Assembly: GCA_022562915.1 (NCBI GenBank)
Contig: JADFOJ010000001.1
Span: forward strand, 51,096 to 115,095
DNA: 64,000 bases
Reading direction: 5' to 3'
Source: Planctomycetota bacterium
GTDB taxonomy: Bacteria > Planctomycetota > Phycisphaerae > Phycisphaerales > SM1A02
Position 1 is the stretch's first letter, and the number at the start of each line of letters is the position of its first letter. The notes beneath the pieces were generated by a model. The model had not been told where the DNA came from. It saw only the letters and a list, made by a program, of their open reading frames with translations, and did not search any database. The position numbers and the translations under genes are program-made. Below, in pieces: positions 37,206-47,264 of this stretch.

Positions 37206-37790
37206 TCAGTCGTCGTCCTCATCGTCCGGCTCGACGTGATCGATCATCCCGGCCGGCCAGGTGGTCTTGACCTCGTCGAGATGATGGTAGCGGCTGCGCG
37301 GGCGGCGGCGAGCCAGCGGCATTCGCGTCCGTTCGGCGAGCTCGAGGTACCCGGCGAGGACCTGCGGGACCCCTTCGATCGTGTACGAGACGCCACCGTA
37401 CCGGACGACATACAGGTCCTCGCTCTCGTGGATCTGCCGCAGGGTCTCGACCCGGTGGTCCGGCGACTTGCGGTCGGAGAAGAACAGCGTCGTGGTCTGT
37501 CCGGATTCGAACTTGATCTTGAGTTCGTTGTTTGGCGGCGGCAGCAGGCGTAGATCGAATTTCGATCGAGGATTCTCGAACGCAGCGTCGAGCCAACCGG
37601 CGATCACGGCCATCTGGGTCGGGTTGCTGATGCGAAGGATCCGTTTGGAATCCGCGAACCTGATGAGGGCGGTGACGGGACGGTCCACGAACTCCGGTGC
37701 CGTCGCCTGCCCGGATGAGGACACACCGGCCACGATCACGTAGACGACGCTCGCGACGATCGCAGTGGCCAGTGCTGTATCTCGATGCAT
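37206..37790 (-). CDS. Hypothetical membrane-anchored protein with acidic C-terminus
   Basis: ATG at 37790 gives MHRDTALATAIVASVVYVIVAGV (N-terminal TM/signal anchor). Ends EPDDEDDD. No family recognised. Confidence 0.55.
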   Translation of the reverse strand: MHRDTALATAIVASVVYVIVAGVSSSGQATAPEFVDRPVTALIRFADSKRILRISNPTQMAVIAGWLDAAFENPRSKFDLRLLPPPNNELKIKFESGQTTTLFFSDRKSPDHRVETLRQIHESEDLYVVRYGGVSYTIEGVPQVLAGYLELAERTRMPLARRRPRSRYHHLDEVKTTWPAGMIDHVEPDDEDDD

Positions 37791-37973
37791 GAGCGAATCA
37801 CACCTGGGAACGAAAACGTCCTGCCCGACCTCAGGTCTTTTCGGCTCGGGCAAGTACGGCGGTGAGCCCCGGCCGCGCAGCCCGCCCAGATTCGCTGGAA
37901 GCTGGCTCGGAACCCCGGATGGAGTCGAGTTGGGATCCCGGGGGGACTTTGTCGAGCGTGCGGTTTGTGCGGG

Positions 37974-38966
37974 CTAAATCCAGGTCGCCTCGCCCGGCGG
38001 TTCACCGATCACCACGTCGCCCAGGAAGGCGACGGCCTTCTCCAGCCCCTCCCGTGGCGACATGTACGGGTCCTCGTGCTCGATCGAGAGGACGTGGTCG
38101 TAGCCGTATCGGCGCAGCATGGACACGAACGGCTTCCAGAACTCCGCGCCGTGACCGTAGCCGCACGTGCGGAACGTCCAGGCGCGATGCCTGGTGTCGA
38201 GGTAGTCGCGGGTATCGAGGTAGCCGTTGAGCGGACCCTCGGCCGGGTCGAGTTCCGTGTCCTTGGCGTGCACGTAGTACAGCAGGCCCGCCTCGCCGAG
38301 GTGCCGCGCCGCGAGCACCGGATCGATCCCCTGCCAGAAGAAGTGCGACGGGTCGAGGTTGGCGCCAAGCGGCGTCCGGCCGCGCAGCCCCGCGGCCCTG
38401 GTGGCCCGCTGCGACAGACGAATCAACGTGTCCGGGTTGTACGCACAGAACCCGGGGTGCGCCTCCCACGCCACGCGGACACCGTGGCCCCGGCACAGCT
38501 TCGCCTGTTCGGCCCAGTACGGGACGAGCACCGTCTCCCATTGATAGCGGAGGATCTCCCGGTACTCCGGTGGCCACGCGCACGTGACCCAGTTGGGCGT
38601 CCTGTCGGTCGACGATCCACCGGGGCAGCCGGAGAAGGTGATGACGATGTCCGTCCCCAGTTTCGGTGCAAGCTCGACCGCCGTCACGAACGCGTCGTGA
38701 TCACGGCCGGCCCGTGCGGAGTCCGGGTGAACCGGGTTGCCGTGGACGGCCAGCCCCGACAACGCCAACCCGTGATCGGCGAGCCTGGCCTTTATATCGG
38801 CCTGCCGCGGCGCGGAGGCCAGGACCTCCGCGGGGTCGAAGAATGGCTGCCCGGGATAGCCGCCGGCGGGCAGCTCGATCGCGTCGAGGTTGAGCTCTGC
38901 GCAGTAGGCCAGAACGGCGTCGAAGTCCAGGCCGGCGAACATCGCGGCCATTACGCCAAGCTTCAT
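37974..38966 (-). CDS. Sugar phosphate isomerase/epimerase (xylose isomerase-like TIM barrel)
   Basis: ATG at 38966 (MKLGVMAAMFAGLDFDAVLAYCAELNLDAIEL). Segments AWEAHPG, LDPSHFFWQGID and LSIEHED are typical of the family. The upstream part of the 751-aa ORF is shadow. Confidence 0.8.
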   Translation of the reverse strand: MKLGVMAAMFAGLDFDAVLAYCAELNLDAIELPAGGYPGQPFFDPAEVLASAPRQADIKARLADHGLALSGLAVHGNPVHPDSARAGRDHDAFVTAVELAPKLGTDIVITFSGCPGGSSTDRTPNWVTCAWPPEYREILRYQWETVLVPYWAEQAKLCRGHGVRVAWEAHPGFCAYNPDTLIRLSQRATRAAGLRGRTPLGANLDPSHFFWQGIDPVLAARHLGEAGLLYYVHAKDTELDPAEGPLNGYLDTRDYLDTRHRAWTFRTCGYGHGAEFWKPFVSMLRRYGYDHVLSIEHEDPYMSPREGLEKAVAFLGDVVIGEPPGEATWI

Positions 38967-39044
38967 GGGAACCCTCCGGCTGAGGTGATGCGAAAGGTGG
39001 GGTAGAGTACCGGACCCTCGTCTCATGCGGACAATACAGCCATC

Positions 39045-40418
39045 GTGCTTCTTCGGACACCAATCCTGATACTGGTCACCCTGGGCCTCGCCCAGGACCC
39101 CGGCCCGACGGCACCGACGGCCGACACGCCCGGGCAGCGCGTGATCCTGGAAGTCGGACGCAACAGGCACGTTCGGGGTTACGTCACGCTGGAGGACACG
39201 GAGGTCATCGTCGTCCGCGGCGCGGACTCGACACTGCAGAGCTATCCCAAGAGTCGAGTGCTCAGGATCGTGCGGCTCGTCGATCCGAAGCCGGGACAGA
39301 CGGGCGTGGTCTTCCTGCGCAACGGACAGAGGCGTCGCGGCGTGATCCTCGAGGACGTCTTCGACCACGTGCTCATCGACATCAACGGCATTCGCACCAG
39401 GCTGGTTCGTGAGACCGTCGATCACGTGCTGTTGCAACCGACCTTCGAGCAACGCTACGAGCGGTACCGCGCGTCGGCCCGCACATCGAAACAGAAGCTC
39501 CAGCTCTGCCAGTGGCTGGTTGACGAGCGCCGCTACGAGCTCGCGGCCGGCGAACTTTCCGAACTGGTGCGGGAATCCTCTGAACCGGAAGCTGCCCGGC
39601 TCCTGACGATCGTCACGGCCCAGCTTGCCCTGGGCGACACCGGCCAGGATCCGGAGGCAGCCGGGCCGGGCGATGACGCCGACCGTGCCGGCGCAGTCCG
39701 GTTGCCCTCGCAGATCCTGTCGTTCGAGGACGTCAACCTGATACGCGTCTACGAGATCGACTTCGACCGACCGCCCAACGTCTCGGTGGACCCCGCAACC
39801 ATTCACAAGATGATCGAACTGTACGGGACCAACCGCGCCATTCCCGCATCGGAGCGAGAACGGCGGGCGCTGTTTCGAGCGGACTCGCTCGAGATCGTGG
39901 AACTGCTCTTCACGCTCAAGGCCAGGGACCTCTACCCCCGCGTGCACGTCGTCTCGGAACCGTACGCCTTGAACCTCTTCCGCCGGCGGGTCCACAACGC
40001 ATGGCTCCTGAACTCCTGCGCAACGGCCCGCTGCCACGGTGGGGTCGATGCCGGACGCTTCTTCCTGCACCGCCGTGGATACAAGGACGAACGGGTCCGA
40101 TATACCAACCTGCTGATCCTGGAACGGCAGGAGGTGGACCCCGAATGGCCGCTGGTGAACTACGCCGAGCCGATGATGTCGCTCATCATTCAATATGGAA
40201 TGCCGCGGCACCTGGCACGGCGACCTCACCCGGACGCCAAGGGGTGGACACCCGTCTTCGGCCGCGGCGGCCAGCGGATGCTCAGGGAGACGGTCTCCTG
40301 GATCGAGACGATGATGCGGCCGCGGCCGCAGTATCCGGTGGACTACCAGCCGCCGCGCCTGGCGTCCCCCGCGGACTCAGCCTCGCCGCCCGGTGACGAC
40401 GACCGGGCACCCCGTTAG
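39045..40418 (+). CDS. Secreted hypothetical protein containing a C-x4-CH motif
   Basis: GTG start, signal peptide MLLRTPILILVTLGLAQD. C-terminal half contains WLLNSCATARCHGGVDAGRFFL, reminiscent of planctomycete cytochrome-like (PSCyt) modules but with CX4CH spacing. Confidence 0.65.
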   Translation: MLLRTPILILVTLGLAQDPGPTAPTADTPGQRVILEVGRNRHVRGYVTLEDTEVIVVRGADSTLQSYPKSRVLRIVRLVDPKPGQTGVVFLRNGQRRRGVILEDVFDHVLIDINGIRTRLVRETVDHVLLQPTFEQRYERYRASARTSKQKLQLCQWLVDERRYELAAGELSELVRESSEPEAARLLTIVTAQLALGDTGQDPEAAGPGDDADRAGAVRLPSQILSFEDVNLIRVYEIDFDRPPNVSVDPATIHKMIELYGTNRAIPASERERRALFRADSLEIVELLFTLKARDLYPRVHVVSEPYALNLFRRRVHNAWLLNSCATARCHGGVDAGRFFLHRRGYKDERVRYTNLLILERQEVDPEWPLVNYAEPMMSLIIQYGMPRHLARRPHPDAKGWTPVFGRGGQRMLRETVSWIETMMRPRPQYPVDYQPPRLASPADSASPPGDDDRAPR

Positions 40419-40501
40419 ACGGCCGCCTGCAACCGGTCGCCCGCGGCGGGCGAACCATACCCCGTGGTCCCTCAGGGGCCGCTACACTTGGGGGTTCCAC
40501 T

Positions 40502-42517
40502 TTGCGAGAGAAACCAATGAGCACTCCCGATCGAATCGCCACACTTGCCGTGAGCTGCTGCGCGCTGCTGATCCTGGGCTGCCAGGACGGGCAGGCGAAG
40601 CGGCGCGCGGAGGTCCAGCAGGCCATCGCCTCTGCCGGCGCTGAGATCCAGAAGATCAACGCGGTGCTCAGTGATCCGCAGAAGGTCGACAACGTCCGGC
40701 AAGAGCTCAACCAGATCATCACCACGCTCAACAACACCGGCGACGGCGGCGTCGGTCAGCGAGCCGCCGCCGCGCAGCTCGCCGCCGGCGTGCATCGGCG
40801 GCTGGCGTCACTCGCCGAGGCCGCCGCCATGACGCTCGAGGCCCGGCAGCAGGCTCGCCGCACCGTGCTTCTGGGCATGATCGATGCGGCCGATCAGCTC
40901 GATGTGATGGCGACCACACTGGAAGCGATGGATACCAGGCAGGCCGACGCGAGGCTCGTCAGCGCCAGGAACGACAGCGAGCGCACGCTGGCGGACCACA
41001 GCCGGCGACTGGCCGAGCTTGACGGCCCCATCGCCCGGCTCAGCACCGCGAACCGCGCCGATCAGCAGGAGGCGGACCGGCTGCGCGAGGACGCCTCGAG
41101 GCTGCGCCGCGAGGCCGCGGGCCTCGGCCCGGCCGCGGGATACGGCGCTTTCGAGGAAGCGCTGCGTCTGGACCGCCAAGCGGACGGAGTCGAGTACGAC
41201 CTCGCACATCGCGAGCTGGACCTTCGCTACAACTATGAGTCCGAACATGCGATCGTCCAGACAACCGCTGATCGGTTGGGTGACGAGATCGCCTCGATCG
41301 AGGACGCACGCCAGACACTGAAGCAGCTCGACGCCTCGGTTTTACAAGAGGCCGCCACCACCCGGAGTCGTCTCGCCGAGCTCCGGGACTCGATCGAGGC
41401 CGGCCTGATCGAGCTGCAGGAGTCGTCGGCGCCACTCGCGGAGTTCTATGACCGGGCTACGTTGGAGCTGGACCGGGCCGCGACCAAGGCCAGGGCTGCG
41501 GCCGGTCTGGGGACCGACTCGGTCGAGGACGCCGCACGGATCGAGGCCGCGCACGCCTACCAGGAGCTCGCGGGCGTTCACCGGACCAGGGCGCGCGGGC
41601 TGCAGTGTGACCTGGACCTCTTCCAGCGTCTCTCGGAGACCACCGGCTCGGCCGGAACGTCCATCGACGACCTGGTCGAGGCGTTCCGGCAGCAGGTGAG
41701 CCAGTCCGTGACGGCGTACGAGAACGCCGGCCGGGAACTGGGGATGGTGTCGGGGAAGACCGGTCGCCGGCAACTGGAGGCGCTCAGGGCGACGATCATC
41801 CGGCTGAAGACCGCCGCGGCCTCGCAGACGATCGAGCGACGGACGACCGCTGCCGGGCCCGCCGGTCCTGCTGCCGGCAGGGCGACCCCGCGCGCGGCGG
41901 CCGACGCCGACGCCGACGCCGACGCTGACGCTGACGACACGACCTCGCCCAACGGCGCCGAGAGCCCGCAGGCGCTGCTGGCGGCGCTGCGCGGATGCGA
42001 GGACTACGCCGCGCTGGCGGACCTTCTCACCAGGCTGACGTACATCCGGTCCGACTGGCCGGACGTCCGGCGTCTCTACGAGACGCTGACTCTTGCCAAC
42101 CTGGGTGCGATCGAGCTGGAGCAGGCACTTCGGGACACCTTCGGCACCGGGCTCCAGGGCGCGGGAGGTACTCCCCCTATGGACGGCCACACACTGTTCG
42201 GACGATGGCTCGATGCCGAGCTGGAACTGGACGAGGTCTGGCAGAACACCGCCACGATCGTGGTCACGGACAGTGCAGGCGGCACCGAGAGGATTCCGCT
42301 GATCGTGATCGACGGGCGATGGTTCCGGGACGGCACCGAGCTGTTCGAGCTCGTCGTTGAGCAGATGATCACGGGACCGGACTCCGAGAAGTACGTGGAA
42401 TCGCTGGGCACCGGGCTGCGCGACCTGACCCGCCGCGTAAAGGCAGGCGAGTTCTCGTCTCACCGGAACGCCGTGGAGGCGCTGCGGCAGGTACTCCAGT
42501 CCGGCGACGGGTCCTGA
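40502..42517 (+). CDS. Coiled-coil lipoprotein, hypothetical
   Basis: Lipobox ATLAVSCCALLILGCQDG. Long helical A/E/R/L-rich region. (AD)n tract at residues encoded by 41900-41935. Confidence 0.7.
   Translation: MREKPMSTPDRIATLAVSCCALLILGCQDGQAKRRAEVQQAIASAGAEIQKINAVLSDPQKVDNVRQELNQIITTLNNTGDGGVGQRAAAAQLAAGVHRRLASLAEAAAMTLEARQQARRTVLLGMIDAADQLDVMATTLEAMDTRQADARLVSARNDSERTLADHSRRLAELDGPIARLSTANRADQQEADRLREDASRLRREAAGLGPAAGYGAFEEALRLDRQADGVEYDLAHRELDLRYNYESEHAIVQTTADRLGDEIASIEDARQTLKQLDASVLQEAATTRSRLAELRDSIEAGLIELQESSAPLAEFYDRATLELDRAATKARAAAGLGTDSVEDAARIEAAHAYQELAGVHRTRARGLQCDLDLFQRLSETTGSAGTSIDDLVEAFRQQVSQSVTAYENAGRELGMVSGKTGRRQLEALRATIIRLKTAAASQTIERRTTAAGPAGPAAGRATPRAAADADADADADADDTTSPNGAESPQALLAALRGCEDYAALADLLTRLTYIRSDWPDVRRLYETLTLANLGAIELEQALRDTFGTGLQGAGGTPPMDGHTLFGRWLDAELELDEVWQNTATIVVTDSAGGTERIPLIVIDGRWFRDGTELFELVVEQMITGPDSEKYVESLGTGLRDLTRRVKAGEFSSHRNAVEALRQVLQSGDGS
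41900..41935. repeat. Hexanucleotide tandem repeat (gccgac x4, gctgac x2) inside a CDS
   Basis: Encodes ADADADADADAD in the 40502-42517 protein. Confidence 0.8.
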
Positions 42518-42533
42518 GGCGAGTCCATCCATA

Positions 42534-42932
42534 ATGATGGACGCCTCCTCCGGCACCCCCGAGCAGCAGAAGTCACCTGCCTCGTTGAGCGGATGCTTGT
42601 TCACCGCACACGGGCTGTACACGATTCTGGCCGGGCTGGCACTGGCGGTGTTCGGCTGGATCCTGCCGACGCTGCTGGTCAAGGTGGTCACGTCCGGCAT
42701 CTTCGATCCCGGCAGCGTCGCGCCGGTGGCGCGGATGGTGATCGACCACCGCGGCCTGATGCCGCTGATCGCCGTCCCGGCAATCGTCTTCGGCGTGCTG
42801 GGCGTCATGAAGCTGCGGCCGCACTGGCTGTGGGCGGCGCTGGGGTTCCTGTCGATACTCATGCCCGGCGTATTGCTGCTGTACACGTTCCTCGCCACGG
42901 TCGGGATGCTGTACCAGACGAATCCGCTGTGA
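42534..42932 (+). CDS. Small polytopic membrane protein, hypothetical
   Basis: Four hydrophobic segments (LYTILAGLALAVFGWILPTLLV, LMPLIAVPAIVFGVLGV, WLWAALGFLSILMPGVLLLYTFLATV). Starts 16 nt after the upstream stop. Confidence 0.65.
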   Translation: MMDASSGTPEQQKSPASLSGCLFTAHGLYTILAGLALAVFGWILPTLLVKVVTSGIFDPGSVAPVARMVIDHRGLMPLIAVPAIVFGVLGVMKLRPHWLWAALGFLSILMPGVLLLYTFLATVGMLYQTNPL

Positions 42933-42937
42933 ATATG

Positions 42938-43038
42938 GGTAGCACGGTCGAGCGAGTCCGCCGCAGGCGGACGAGTTCGCCCGTGGTGCGACGCCCAACC
43001 CCACGGGCGACGTCGCTACGCTCCGTCGACCGTGCCAC
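42938..43038. repeat. Palindromic element family, copy E6 (full; left half carries the tccgcc-N4-ggcgga sub-hairpin)
   Basis: ggtagcacggtcgagcgagtccgccgcaggcggacgagttcgcccgtgg / tgcgacgcccaac / ccacgggcgacgtcgctacgctccgtcgaccgtgccac. Lies between convergent genes and overlaps the last 6 codons and stop of queG. Confidence 0.85.
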
Positions 43039-44095
43039 TACTATTTTTCAGCACCGACTGCGCCGTTCGCCGCACCAATTCGTCCTCGTCGGCATCGACG
43101 GCTATCGCCTCGATGCGTTGGCGCAGGGCCGGTTCGTCCCGGCCCGCCAGGACATTGCCGGCGACGATGATCGCGTTGCGCTTCATCATCGCCAGCTTGG
43201 CCCGTTTCATCGCGGAGCGCACGAACGCGTCCCGGCGACCCTGCTCGTCCCAGCCGAGCACCTCCAGCAGGTCGAAGCCTTCGCGCCTCGGCGCGTAAGC
43301 GGGGTGAACCGGGGCTCCGGCGGCGCGCTCGGTCGGCTGGTTGTGGGGGCAGACGTCCTGGCAGACGTCACAGCCGAAGATCCAGTCGCCGATCGCCTCG
43401 TGGAAGTCCGGGGCGATCACGCTGCGGTGCTCGATGGTCAGGTAGCTGATGCATCGCGTGGCGTCGACGGTCCACGGCGCGATCGCACCGGTCGGGCACG
43501 CGTCGATGCAGCGGGTGCAGGAACCGCACGGGTCCTCACCGGACGGTTCGGACGGCGCCAGCTCCAGCGTCGTGATCAGCTCGCCCAGCAGCAGCCAGCT
43601 TCCCACGCCGGGCTCGATGAGAAGCGTGTGCTTGCCGACGGCGCCGAGCCCCGCCCGCTGGGCGACCTCGCGCTCCAGTACGGGGGCCGTGTCCACGCAC
43701 GCCCGGAAGATCTCGCCGGGGAATTCCCCGGCAAGCTCGTCGGCGAGACGGTGCAACCGTTTCTTGATGACCTGGTGGTAGTCGTCGCCGCGGGCATAGC
43801 GCGCGACACGCCCGCGCGGCCGTTGCCCGGGCGACTGCTCCGGCTCCGGCCCGCCGTCGTGATACCGGTCGGCCACGCAGAGGATCGAACGCGCGCCCGG
43901 CACGATCCGCCGCGGGTCGAGCCGCTCGCGCAGGTGCTCTGCGAGATACTGCATCTCGCCGTGGCTGCCGGCCGCGAGCCAGTCGCGAAGCTCACGCTCG
44001 TAGCGCGTGGCACGGACCGGCGCGACCCCGGCAAGTGCAAAGCCGAGGTCGTGACAGCGCTGGAGCACCGAGCGCGTAGTGTGCGAGTCGCCCAT
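43016..44095 (-). CDS. queG: Epoxyqueuosine reductase
   Basis: ATG at 44095 (MGDSHTTRSVLQRCHDLGFALAGVAP...). Ferredoxin-type motifs CGSCTRCIDACPTGAI and CDVCQDVCPHN. C-terminal HEAT-like region. Confidence 0.85.
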   Translation of the reverse strand: MGDSHTTRSVLQRCHDLGFALAGVAPVRATRYERELRDWLAAGSHGEMQYLAEHLRERLDPRRIVPGARSILCVADRYHDGGPEPEQSPGQRPRGRVARYARGDDYHQVIKKRLHRLADELAGEFPGEIFRACVDTAPVLEREVAQRAGLGAVGKHTLLIEPGVGSWLLLGELITTLELAPSEPSGEDPCGSCTRCIDACPTGAIAPWTVDATRCISYLTIEHRSVIAPDFHEAIGDWIFGCDVCQDVCPHNQPTERAAGAPVHPAYAPRREGFDLLEVLGWDEQGRRDAFVRSAMKRAKLAMMKRNAIIVAGNVLAGRDEPALRQRIEAIAVDADEDELVRRTAQSVLKNSSGTVDGA

Positions 44096-44112
44096 GGTCC
44101 GCCGGTGGGGCG

Positions 44113-46332
44113 TCAGCCGACACGCTCCAGCGGCGCGTTCTCCAGGATGAGCGTCTTGATGCCTACGGTGGGAAACGCGACACGGGCGCTGGCGCCGCGA
44201 GCGCGGGGGGTCACGTCCTCGACGCGCCCGAGACCGTAGGCGGGGTGACGCACGATGCAACCCACCGGGAACTCGCACGCGAACCCACCGGCAGCTCCCG
44301 GCCCCACGGCGCGGTCGGCGAGGTCGTCGAACCCGGCGTCGCCGGTCTTGTCCACGAAATCGACTCTCTCGCGGGGCAACTCACCGAGGAAGCAACTGGC
44401 GATCGTGCCCTCGCGCACGCCCCGATGCGTCCGCACCGCCGCCCGCGTAAGCAGCAATCGCCGCTTGGCGCGGGTCATGCCCACGAAACACAGGCGTCGC
44501 TCTTCCTCCAGCTCCGCGTCGTTCGCGACGGCCCGGGCGTGAGGCAGCAGGTTCTGCTCCATGCCGATCAATGCCACCGCCTCGAACTCGAGCCCCTTGG
44601 CGGCGTGCAGGCTCATGAGCGTCACCGTGCCGCGCTCGGGATCGATCGCGTCCGCGTCGCTGACCAGCGCCACCGACTCCAGGAACAGACCCAGCCACCC
44701 CGGCAGATCGTCGGGCGCGTCGAGCCCGTCGGGCGGCGAGAACTCCGCGGCGGCGCTGACGAGTTCACTGAGGTTCGCCAGGCGCTGGCGTTCCTCATCG
44801 GTGTCGCCCCGATGCATCCTTTCAAGACCGGAGTGCCTGATGACGTGCTCGACGAGTCCGGCCAGCGCGGTCGCGTCCGCCGGCCGCGCCGTGTCACCCG
44901 CTGCCCGTGCGCGAAAGCCGTCGATGAGCTCGACGAACGTGCCGATGGACTTCTTCGCCCGCTTCGAGAGGCCCTCCACTACAGCCACCTGGCGAAGCGC
45001 GTCGGCCTGACGGAGCCCGGCGCCGACCGCGTACCGTTCGATACTGCCGAGCGAGATCTTGCCGATACCGCGCGAGGGCGTGTTGAGAATCCGCCCCAGC
45101 GAGATCTCGTCGTTGGGGTTCGCCACCACACGCAGGTACGCCAGGGCGTCGCGGACCTCCTTGCGATCGAAGAACGCCGTCCCGCGCGCGATCACGTACG
45201 GGATCCGCGCGTTGCGCAGCGACGCTTCGAGCACCCGGCTCAGCGCATTGACGCGATAGAGAACCGCCATCTCCTTCCACGGCAGGTCCAGTTCGGTGCC
45301 CGCCTTGTGCAGAAACTCCGCGATCACCGCCGCCTCGTGGTGCTCGTCGCGGCAGGCGATCACCGTGGGGCGCTCGCCCTCGGCGAGTTCCGTGAAGAGG
45401 TCCTTGTGCCTGCGACGGCGGTTGTGCCGGATGAGGCCGTCCGCCGCGCCCACGAGGTGGCCGGTGCTGCGGAAGTTCTGCCCCAGCGGCACGACGACCG
45501 CGTCGGGATGGTGCGCCTCGAAGTCCAGGATGTTCGTGATATCCGCACCGCGCCACGCGTAGATGGCCTGGTCCGGATCTCCCACGACGCAGATGTTGCC
45601 GTGACCGTCGGCGAGCGCGTGCGCGATCACGAACTGCGCGCGGTTCGTGTCCTGGTACTCGTCGATGAGCAGGTACCGGTAGCGGCGCTGGAGCCGGGTG
45701 CGGACATCAGCGTCGCGGCGCAGCAGCGCCGCGGTCCGAAGCAGCAGATCATCGAAGTCGAGAGCGTCGTTGGCCCGAAGGATCTTCTCGTACGCGGTGT
45801 AGACGCGCGCGATCGAACGCATGTAGAAGTCGCCGGCCTCGGCGGCGAAAGCCTTCGCGTCGAGCAGGCGGTTCTTGGCGTTGCTGATCACCGCGCCGAC
45901 CGCCGCCGGCGTCCAGTTCTTCGCGCTGAGCTCACCGTCGGAAATCGCGTGCTTCAGCGCCTCGCGCCGGAGGGTCTCGTCATAGATCGAAAACCGCGGC
46001 GCGATCCCGGCCGGCTCGGCAAACCGGCGCAGCAGCCGTGCGCAGAACGAGTGGAAGGTCGCCACCGTCGGGGAGCCGTCGTGCGGGGGTTGCCCGTCCA
46101 GCAGCGTCTCGACGCGCTGTCTCATCTCGCCGGCGGCCTTGTTGGTAAACGTCAGCGCGAGGATCTGCCAAGGCTCGATGCCGTTGGCGATGAGGAAGGC
46201 GATTCGCCGGGTGACGACGGTCGTCTTGCCGGAGCCTGGACCGGCCAGGACCAGCAACGCCCCGTCTCGATGGGTGACCGCTGCCCGTTGCGGCTCGGTG
46301 AGATCGTCCAGAAGTGCTTCAGTGACCGGCAT
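44113..46332 (-). CDS. ATP-dependent DNA helicase, UvrD/PcrA/Rep family
   Basis: AGPGSGKTTVV (motif I), LLIDEYQDTN (II), VGDPDQAIYAWRGA (III), VTLMSLHAAKGLEF (V), CFVGMTRAKRRL (VI). Confidence 0.9.
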   Translation of the reverse strand: MPVTEALLDDLTEPQRAAVTHRDGALLVLAGPGSGKTTVVTRRIAFLIANGIEPWQILALTFTNKAAGEMRQRVETLLDGQPPHDGSPTVATFHSFCARLLRRFAEPAGIAPRFSIYDETLRREALKHAISDGELSAKNWTPAAVGAVISNAKNRLLDAKAFAAEAGDFYMRSIARVYTAYEKILRANDALDFDDLLLRTAALLRRDADVRTRLQRRYRYLLIDEYQDTNRAQFVIAHALADGHGNICVVGDPDQAIYAWRGADITNILDFEAHHPDAVVVPLGQNFRSTGHLVGAADGLIRHNRRRRHKDLFTELAEGERPTVIACRDEHHEAAVIAEFLHKAGTELDLPWKEMAVLYRVNALSRVLEASLRNARIPYVIARGTAFFDRKEVRDALAYLRVVANPNDEISLGRILNTPSRGIGKISLGSIERYAVGAGLRQADALRQVAVVEGLSKRAKKSIGTFVELIDGFRARAAGDTARPADATALAGLVEHVIRHSGLERMHRGDTDEERQRLANLSELVSAAAEFSPPDGLDAPDDLPGWLGLFLESVALVSDADAIDPERGTVTLMSLHAAKGLEFEAVALIGMEQNLLPHARAVANDAELEEERRLCFVGMTRAKRRLLLTRAAVRTHRGVREGTIASCFLGELPRERVDFVDKTGDAGFDDLADRAVGPGAAGGFACEFPVGCIVRHPAYGLGRVEDVTPRARGASARVAFPTVGIKTLILENAPLERVG

Positions 46333-46595
46333 CCGTTGAGTTTACTCCCCGCCGCCGGCGGCGATCGGTCAGGATATCCCGAGGATAAGTTCGGGTTTTA
46401 TTCGGCGATAAACTATCCGCGTGCCTAGACTTACGGCAACTGGCAAGAAACTCAACATTATGGGTCACAGCAACTTGCGTCCCCAAGATGTAGTAGTAGT
46501 ATGGTCTTTCGCGCCGATCAAGTGCGGGCGAGATTGTGGGCAGCATGACGGTTTCTGGGCGCAGCTCGTTGCACGTGGGATGAAGGGAACTTCAG

Positions 46596-47168
46596 ATGGC
46601 CGTTCTCTGCGACACACAGATCCGGGAGCTCGTCGGCATTGAGCCGCTGGCTGACTCCGCAAAGCGCCCCGGCCGCATCTCATACGGTCTGTCCAGCTAC
46701 GGCTACGACGTCCGCGTCGGCACACGGTTCAAGGTCTTCACCAACGTGGCTCCGCACGGCGGCCAGTCGGTCGTGGATCCCAAGAACTTCGCCGATGACA
46801 TGTTCGTCACCATCGACACGGCCGAGAACGGGCGGGATCACATCATCATCCCCCCCAACAGCTTCGCCCTGGCCGAGACGGTCGAGACGATCAAGGTGCC
46901 GCGCGACGTGCTGGCGATCTGCGTCGGCAAATCGACGTATGCCAGGTGCGGCATCATCGTCAACGTCACGCCGCTCGAGCCGGAATGGCGCGGCAAGGTG
47001 ACACTGGAGATCTCCAACACGACCCCGCTGCCGGCGAAGATCTACGCCAACGAGGGCATTGCCCAGATCATTTTCATCCAGGCCGCACGCGTGTGCGCCG
47101 TCAGCTACGCGGACAAGCGCGGGAAGTACCAGGACCAGCACGGTCTGACGTTACCCATGGTCGACTAG
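46596..47168 (+). CDS. dcd: dCTP deaminase
   Basis: [79 protein letters not shown] closely follow the canonical Dcd sequence as I remember it. Confidence 0.9.
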   Translation: MAVLCDTQIRELVGIEPLADSAKRPGRISYGLSSYGYDVRVGTRFKVFTNVAPHGGQSVVDPKNFADDMFVTIDTAENGRDHIIIPPNSFALAETVETIKVPRDVLAICVGKSTYARCGIIVNVTPLEPEWRGKVTLEISNTTPLPAKIYANEGIAQIIFIQAARVCAVSYADKRGKYQDQHGLTLPMVD

Positions 47169-47188
47169 CCGAACTGCCTGATTTCATT

Positions 47189-47208
47189 CCAGGCCACTGA
47201 CGGCCTGG
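47189..47208 (+). terminator. Short stem-loop between dcd and nrdJ
   Basis: ccaggcc-actgac-ggcctgg forms a 7-bp stem followed by attcca. Weak terminator or attenuator candidate. Confidence 0.3.
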
Positions 47209-47264
47209 ATTCCATGCGAGAACCGGGACAACTCGAGAGACAACAAGGACGTCTGAGGTAGTCA

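Noticed and set aside
44113-46332. UvrD-like helicase as part of a defence system (Gabija/helicase-nuclease type).
   Set aside because: It has the full canonical PcrA/UvrD motif set at normal length. No nuclease or ATPase partner is present. It is co-directional with housekeeping queG.
46453-46500. Two similar motifs (caacattatgg and caagatgtagt) spaced 31 bp apart upstream of dcd/nrdJ as tandem NrdR boxes.
   Set aside because: The spacing is suggestive, but neither site is palindromic or fits the acaCwAtATaTwGtgt consensus as I remember it. This is not supportable without a matrix scan.
46596-47168. dCTP deaminase as an anti-phage nucleotide-depletion gene.
   Set aside because: It is a standard-length (190 aa) canonical Dcd without extra domains. 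It sits directly upstream of nrdJ in a nucleotide-metabolism context.
47189-47208. GCCACTG (B12-box-like) upstream of the cobalamin-dependent nrdJ as a cobalamin riboswitch.
   Set aside because: The whole leader is only about 95 nt. The heptamer is simply one arm and loop of a 7-bp hairpin, and the other conserved cobalamin-riboswitch elements are absent.
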